Shown here: positions 58,958 to 64,000 of the stretch, piece by piece
Position numbering within the stretch: position 1 is the stretch's first letter
Layout: each line of letters opens with the position of its first letter
Notes under the pieces: model-generated
The model's input: the letters and a program-made list of their open reading frames with translations, nothing else
Databases searched by the model: none
Told to the model about the DNA's origin: nothing
Program-made: the position numbers and the translations under genes
Source of the DNA: Patescibacteria group bacterium
GTDB taxonomy: Bacteria; Patescibacteriota; Patescibacteriia; 2-01-FULL-39-33
Length of the DNA: 64,000 bases
Reading direction: 5' to 3'
NCBI GenBank assembly: GCA_041650895.1
Contig: JBAZKF010000001.1
Coordinates: forward strand, 573,181 to 637,180

Positions 58958-58994
58958 AGTTTTTAATTGTTTTCATTTATACGTTTAGTATACT

Positions 58995-59024
58995 AAAAAA
59001 TCGCCATTTAGGCGACTTTTTATA
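58995..59024. repeat. T0 hairpin repeat copy 3
   Basis: aaaaatcgccatttaggcgacttttt then ataatctgttccgtttgcggac (degenerate junction motif). Confidence 0.55.
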
Positions 59025-59135
59025 ATCTGTTCCGTTTGCGGACTGGTGAGGTCAAGTACCAAAATATAGAGGTCTTTCAAAGCTTTTTTGGACTATTTAT
59101 TTTAGAAAATTTGAGGTGTTAGGGTCATGATATAT

Positions 59136-60125
59136 TTAAAATGGCTTATTTTTTTCAAGCCAATTTAACGAATAAAAATCACCAAGATGCATTTCTAAAG
59201 ATAAAAATTGATCCTCTAGGAAAAAAGCATACTGTTTTAAGTCCTCTTCAGATCCATAATTTTTATATACCTCATTTATCAAATGAGTTACTCTTTTTCC
59301 TAGTCTTTTACCGTCTATTGGGTCTAATCGTTTGCCATCATGGACAATATCATTTCTAATCTTGTATGCTTCCCAAATTACATTTGCAGCATTTTCACCA
59401 TTCATAGGACACACGATATTCATATGAGTCTGTAATGTGTTTTTAAAATCAATCTTTCCATTTGATTTATAAACTTGGATTCCATGATACTTGATAAATG
59501 TTTCAATTGATGTTATGGATTTTCTAATACAATCTTCATAATTGCCGCTAAAATATGCATGCATTGAATCAACCAAATCTCGTATATATGTCCGATTAAA
59601 TTTTGATTGCAAATCAACTAATGGAGGAAATGAACCAATGGCCATGGGCCACATCACTAAAATCCTTTCACACGTTTCGCTTATAATAATACAGAGATCA
59701 GAGATATCCATTACTGAATACGTCCGTATCAAAAAATGTCCCTTTAAATATCTTTGATTGAGAATCTCATGATTCACATACGGCATTATTTCAGCAATAT
59801 ATGCAACTATAAAATTATCGCCTCTATGCTTTTGCTGAATGTCTTCAATCAATTTTTTAGAAAGTTTCTCTCTAATAGTAATACTAATAATAGAGCCTCG
59901 CTGATTTAGCCAAACCGTTTTTTCATCAAAATTTATGACGGCATCACTAATCTCTCCTGGAGAAAATAGCTGGGCATGAATTTCTACTGGAATTTTTACA
60001 TTGTCCTCTACATATTCTTGCCCTATGTAATATCTTAAATGTTTTGGTTTATATGCTGTATTTTTCAATTTTTTAAATATTTTCGAAAAACTCATAAAAA
60101 TGTAATTAAAAAAAATCGAGCACAA
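59136..60125 (-). CDS. Hypothetical protein (329 aa)
   Basis: ORF track. Confidence 0.45.
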   Translation of the reverse strand: MCSIFFNYIFMSFSKIFKKLKNTAYKPKHLRYYIGQEYVEDNVKIPVEIHAQLFSPGEISDAVINFDEKTVWLNQRGSIISITIREKLSKKLIEDIQQKHRGDNFIVAYIAEIMPYVNHEILNQRYLKGHFLIRTYSVMDISDLCIIISETCERILVMWPMAIGSFPPLVDLQSKFNRTYIRDLVDSMHAYFSGNYEDCIRKSITSIETFIKYHGIQVYKSNGKIDFKNTLQTHMNIVCPMNGENAANVIWEAYKIRNDIVHDGKRLDPIDGKRLGKRVTHLINEVYKNYGSEEDLKQYAFFLEDQFLSLEMHLGDFYSLNWLEKNKPF

Positions 60126-60185
60126 AGCTCGATCTTTTTATGCACATTTGAAGTGCTCGGGTCGCTCGATAAAACGAGCTTAGTG

Positions 60186-60226
60186 GCGGGGCTTACGGGG
60201 CAATTTTGGAAAAATTGATTGGATGG
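60186..60226. repeat. R1 repeat
   Basis: gcggggcttacggggcaattttggaaaaattgattggatgg. Confidence 0.75.
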
Positions 60227-60293
60227 AGGTGGTGATAGATTGGCCAAATTGTCTAAAATTTAACAAGCGCTTTATTTGTTGATAATTTTCTCC

Positions 60294-60322
60294 TTGACGG
60301 GGCAATAATAATATGGTAATAT
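60294..60322 (+). promoter_or_regulatory. Cassette promoter TTGACG-17-TAATAT
   Basis: Conserved. Confidence 0.5.
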
Positions 60323-60418
60323 TAGCTATTACTCAATGTGCGAGTAATGTAGTTGGAATTGGGCGGAAGGCCTAATTTCAAGGTTCCTTACAACGGCGGA
60401 ATGCCGAAGGAGAACATA

Positions 60419-61666
60419 ATGGGAACGAAACATAAACAAAAAAGACAGCCGCAGGACAAATTGGGATACTGGCTACGAAAACTCCCAATTTGTCGAGAAA
60501 TTGTGGTCTCGCAAATGCAAGAGTGTCCGCCGATAGTCCCCGAGTTAGATGTCAAATATCAAATCGCGGATACGGCAACAATGCATTTACAGGCAAACAA
60601 CATTCATCTTTATAGTGGTCGGTATCTCATCGGCGACAATAATGAGCGTGGCACACGTTTTGAATATGCCTTGGCCGTGGATGCTAAGGGAAAAGTCATT
60701 AGCCGATTAGAATGGCGACGAGGTACTCTCGGACCAAATAATACCGAACTCTATCTTAAATATATTTTTGGTTTTGGTAAAAAACCTGAGGTTATCACAC
60801 AAATCAAGGAAATCTATTGGGTGACTATCTATCATTGGTATACCGCTCCGACACCCACTGATACTAATCCAGTAGAACCGAACTTCGGTAATACCATGAA
60901 GAAGATTGAAACTCACATCATCGTCTTCCGTAAGCCAAGAAATAAATCGTTTGCTGAGCTGATTGAACAAGCAGAACGCGAGAAGGAGGAATGCGAAACC
61001 GCATACCTGAGATTCCCAAAAAAGATGCCAAAATATCACGGCATTGAGGCGGCCTTACGCGCCGGATGCAAAATGCACGCCTTTTCTTCCGGTGGTGGCC
61101 TGCGAGTGGTACGTCTGGAAAGAGCTGCAAAAGACGGAAAGCGAAACATCAATTATCCAAAATTAATGGGCTATGGCGAACATCCACATATTGAGGAAGC
61201 TCTCAAACAACTTAATGAAGATTATTTAGCCGGCGGACGACCTTATAAAAAGGTTTACGGCAAACTCTATCCCCACTATCTTACTGGCGACACAGTTTCT
61301 ACCAGCAACATTGATTGGTGGATTCGTAAAGGCAGTACCTTTGATTGCTGGTTTGAAAATGGTGAGGTAATATTCCAATTGGCCGGTCTAATTCAAACAG
61401 AGACGCCACCATTAGTACTGGCTGCAGTCGAAACTGAAGGAAAAACAGTTCGTTGTAGTAATCGAGGATACACCTATGAGGCCTCGCCATATCTTTTTGC
61501 TAATGGAGAAATAGGCAGCTCATCGACTGTAATTGAAGGACCGGCTGACCAACCCAATAGCGATGCATGGATGTATCACATCAATAAAACTGGACACGGC
61601 CAGAGTTTCTGGGAGGCAATGAAAGCCGCTTTTGAAGCGCCAGAAATTGAGGTCACGAGTAACTAA
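60419..61666 (+). CDS. Hypothetical protein (415 aa; RBS-supported start)
   Basis: aaggaga RBS then ATG MGTKHKQ. Confidence 0.45.
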   Translation: MGTKHKQKRQPQDKLGYWLRKLPICREIVVSQMQECPPIVPELDVKYQIADTATMHLQANNIHLYSGRYLIGDNNERGTRFEYALAVDAKGKVISRLEWRRGTLGPNNTELYLKYIFGFGKKPEVITQIKEIYWVTIYHWYTAPTPTDTNPVEPNFGNTMKKIETHIIVFRKPRNKSFAELIEQAEREKEECETAYLRFPKKMPKYHGIEAALRAGCKMHAFSSGGGLRVVRLERAAKDGKRNINYPKLMGYGEHPHIEEALKQLNEDYLAGGRPYKKVYGKLYPHYLTGDTVSTSNIDWWIRKGSTFDCWFENGEVIFQLAGLIQTETPPLVLAAVETEGKTVRCSNRGYTYEASPYLFANGEIGSSSTVIEGPADQPNSDAWMYHINKTGHGQSFWEAMKAAFEAPEIEVTSN

Positions 61667-61684
61667 GCACACCAACACCGAGGA

Positions 61685-61721
61685 CAAGAAAGTTCTCGGT
61701 GTTTTCTTTTTTCTAAAATCA
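61685..61721 (+). terminator. Cassette terminator
   Basis: caccgaggacaagaaagttctcggtg + T-run. Confidence 0.6.
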
Positions 61722-61824
61722 CCTCTGTCCCGTCCGCCCTAACCGCAAATCAACAAAAAAAGATCTACTTTTATAGGCCTTTTTATGTTGTTCCATTAAG
61801 CGGAGGGTAATAGACGATGTTAGA
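61704..61824. repeat. R2+R3 module
   Basis: ...ccgccctaaccgcaaatcaacaaaaaaagatctacttttataggcctttttatgttgttccattaagcggagggtaatagacgatgttagaac. Confidence 0.75.
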
Positions 61825-61874
61825 ACTTATCTTGATGGGTGTAAGGAGAGTTTTGAGATGCCTAAAATTGGCGT

Positions 61875-61903
61875 TTGACATAATAATAAGATTATGATAA
61901 GTT
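61875..61903 (+). promoter_or_regulatory. Cassette promoter TTGACA-17-TAAGTT
   Basis: Weaker -10. Confidence 0.4.
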
Positions 61904-61982
61904 ATTACATTAGTTGTAATAATTTTGGTCTTTAACAAAACAGGCTATCCTAATCGGGAGGCCATAACAAGGAGAATATCAG

Positions 61983-62807
61983 ATGCACAAGAAAGAGCTG
62001 ATTGGCCGATTAGAGCAGTTTGTTGTCACTTTTGAACAACGTAGGCCGGCGTGGAAGGGTCAGCGGTCATTCGCCAACTTCCTAATTTACTATCTCGGCA
62101 AGCTCAATATACCCAACGACGAAAAGTATGACTTCTGGGATATTGACCACTACCTGCCAGAACTGATGGTGGATGCTTTTGAGCAGCTGCGAACCGGCAC
62201 CGATGAGGAGACCGCTCGTTTTCGTAGCGAGTATGAAAAGGATGCAGAACACGAAGTGCCTAATATCACTGACCTTGGCGTGACTGATACTTTACATCAA
62301 TGTTTTGCCGTTCAGACCACGCTAGGATTTCTGCTCAAAGATGTTATGGAAAATGATTGGATTGAACACCACATTGAGACCTACTGCAATGCCCAATTAC
62401 ACGTTCTTCAACAGACCTTTGATAAATTCACCCGACTTGTCTATCGACGAGGATTGGGTGAAATTATTGAAAAATGTCCCAAAAGCGGGATGAGCGGTAA
62501 GTTTGGTGATGTTGAACTCCGTACCTTCATAACAGCCGGTCGCATTATGTTCACTTTTGCCAAACCAATAGACAAGAGTAAGAAAAGCTACTATAAGGAC
62601 GGTGATAAAACGTATTGCAACGAATGGAGTGTTTCATTTATTGGCGAAGATGGCGACCCGCTCTTATTGAGTGCCGGCATGCAATCAATTGGAGCAGACT
62701 TCCGCACCGCTCTTAATTTGATTGAAGAGGTTATTAAGAACTGGCCATCAGCCCCGAAACAACAAAAGAGGATTTACAAAGCAAGCCCCAATGTCAGTTT
62801 AGTATAA
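61983..62807 (+). CDS. Hypothetical protein (274 aa)
   Basis: RBS aaggaga. Confidence 0.45.
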   Translation: MHKKELIGRLEQFVVTFEQRRPAWKGQRSFANFLIYYLGKLNIPNDEKYDFWDIDHYLPELMVDAFEQLRTGTDEETARFRSEYEKDAEHEVPNITDLGVTDTLHQCFAVQTTLGFLLKDVMENDWIEHHIETYCNAQLHVLQQTFDKFTRLVYRRGLGEIIEKCPKSGMSGKFGDVELRTFITAGRIMFTFAKPIDKSKKSYYKDGDKTYCNEWSVSFIGEDGDPLLLSAGMQSIGADFRTALNLIEEVIKNWPSAPKQQKRIYKASPNVSLV

Positions 62808-62884
62808 CGATTAACAATGTTAGATGCTCATTGCGTCCCGTGGTATTTTTTACACGGGGCGCTTTTTATTTCCCGAATGCCGTC

Positions 62885-62971
62885 GGTTCCATCGTCCCGT
62901 TCTCAGTATAAAAAAACACCCCGATTATGGGGCGTTTTTCGTAGGCGGAGGGTAATAGACGATGTTAGAAC
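62885..62971. repeat. R4 + R3 module
   Basis: ggttccatcgtcccgttctcagtataaaaaaacaccccgattatggggcgtttttcgtaggcggagggtaatagacgatgttagaacc. Confidence 0.8.
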
Positions 62972-63078
62972 CTATATTGGTGGGTGTGGAAGGAGCTTTG
63001 AGATACCCCAAATAATCCCCTGACAAAAAAACGCTCCAGGTTATACCTGAAGCGGATGATGATATGCGACTTTAATCA

Positions 63079-63747
63079 TTAGCCCTTAAGTGATGCGGAA
63101 ATTCGTTTGCAAGAATCTTCAAGTAGGTCATGGTTCCACGACCAACGTGCTGGACAATCCCTACAAAGACAAATTACGCTTCTGCGGCCATTCGGATTTT
63201 TCATAATATCACCAAAGAAGTAAACGCATTCTACTCCCTTACTGTCATATAATTTCTCCAACACACAATCTTTGCCGTAAGCTATGTAGTTCCGCCAAAG
63301 AATGAGAAAGGCCTTGACCCCAAGTTGGATATTACCACTCTCTTCGGCGCGTCTCAATTTTTCCTCGCCGGTGATTTTTAACTCACCCTTATTGAGATGC
63401 GTCTCAAAAAGCACATTCTCCCAATTGATAAACACTAATCTTTCAGCGCGTAAGTCACGCTTGTCCCAATCATAAATTTCAAGACACTCACCAAAAAAAT
63501 CCCGTATACTGCATCTATCGAAAGATTGGACATTGATTGTCACACAAGACAGCCCCAGTAAATCCAGAAATCTATGGAATTTTCGCTTAAGGAATTGAGT
63601 AGCCACTGTCGGGTTTTGAAGTTTATAACCACTGGGAATTTTACTTGTAACGGGCAATGATGAATCAAGAGCCGAAAGCATAAAGCCACCAGGAACATCC
63701 TGGTCATTCAATACGGCTGATTCATTGACTTTTTGAACTCTTGCCAT
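63079..63747 (-). CDS. Hypothetical protein (222 aa)
   Basis: ORF track. Confidence 0.45.
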   Translation of the reverse strand: MARVQKVNESAVLNDQDVPGGFMLSALDSSLPVTSKIPSGYKLQNPTVATQFLKRKFHRFLDLLGLSCVTINVQSFDRCSIRDFFGECLEIYDWDKRDLRAERLVFINWENVLFETHLNKGELKITGEEKLRRAEESGNIQLGVKAFLILWRNYIAYGKDCVLEKLYDSKGVECVYFFGDIMKNPNGRRSVICLCRDCPARWSWNHDLLEDSCKRISASLKG

Positions 63748-63835
63748 TGTTCATTTTCTCCTCTCGAGTTTGTTTTTATGAAAGAACACTCCATATTCGG
63801 ATAAGTTATAATATCAAAACAATCAATACTTGTCA

Positions 63836-63899
63836 ATCGGTTCCATCGTCCCGTTCTCGGTATAAAAAAACACCCCAATTATGGGGCGTTTTTTGTAGG
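63836..63899. repeat. R4 repeat abutting tRNA-Asp 3-prime end (native tRNA terminator)
   Basis: ggttccatcgtcccgttctcggtataaaaaaacaccccaattatggggcgttttttgtaggcgg directly followed by tRNA. Confidence 0.8.
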
Positions 63900-63973
63900 C
63901 GGACCGGACGGGACTCGAACCCGCGACCTCTGCCGTGACAGGGCAGCGCTCTAACCAACTGAGCTACCGATCC
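63900..63973 (-). tRNA. tRNA-Asp (anticodon GUC)
   Basis: Acceptor ggatcgg/ccggtcc, anticodon loop ctgtcac, T-loop ttcgagt; no CCA encoded. Confidence 0.85.
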
Positions 63974-64000
63974 AAAACTCTCTCTAATATTATAGAGAGA

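Noticed and set aside
45400-63900. Possible CRISPR array, given many evenly recurring repeats
   Set aside because: The repeats are 40-120 bp, of several distinct types, and separated by 0.4-2 kb stretches containing full ORFs with promoters and terminators. There are no short uniform spacers and no cas genes.

Overview
Overview: AT-rich (~40% GC) bacterial chromosome segment read in standard code 11 (UGA works as a stop), coding-dense with many small and hypothetical proteins, consistent with a small-genome, possibly CPR/Patescibacteria-like organism (inference only).

Gene content in order:
- a secreted LTD/PKD/OB-fold protein, partial at the window start
- GT2 glycosyltransferase
- a tRNA cluster: Ala-UGC, Val-UAC, Leu-GAG
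- alpha/beta hydrolase
- rplS
- comM (yifB) split in two by an ~11.75 kb integrated element; this element carries a large serine recombinase, an HTH excisionase-like ORF, a CHC2-Toprim primase and secreted cargo proteins
- Zn-ribbon protein
- LysM-M23 peptidase
- groES-groEL
- a radical-SAM/SPASM maturase flanked by two small Cys/His-rich peptide ORFs (RiPP-like), with an adjacent wHTH regulator
- RluD-like pseudouridine synthase
- CCA-adding enzyme
- tRNA-Ile(UAU) and tRNA-Val(GAC)
- NAD-dependent epimerase
- HAD hydrolase
- P-loop proteins and small membrane proteins
- a 1407-aa giant hypothetical protein
- M3 peptidase
- ArsM

Most notable feature: from ~43.7 kb to the tRNA-Asp(GUC) at 63.9 kb lies an array of ~18 single- or two-gene units, each with its own conserved sigma70 promoter and hairpin terminator. 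The units are separated by a modular family of conserved intergenic repeats, here named R1, R2/R3, R4 and T0, that occur nowhere else in the window.
- Several repeat modules resemble the 3-prime end and downstream terminator of the adjacent tRNA-Asp.
- Cargo includes an RlmN/Cfr-family rSAM methyltransferase, two rSAM/SPASM enzymes, ArsM, an SPFH/flotillin, an HD hydrolase, a methyltransferase and many orphan ORFs.
- GC content varies among the units.
- Interpretation: a tRNA-Asp-anchored, integron-like cassette array of a kind I do not recognise as described.
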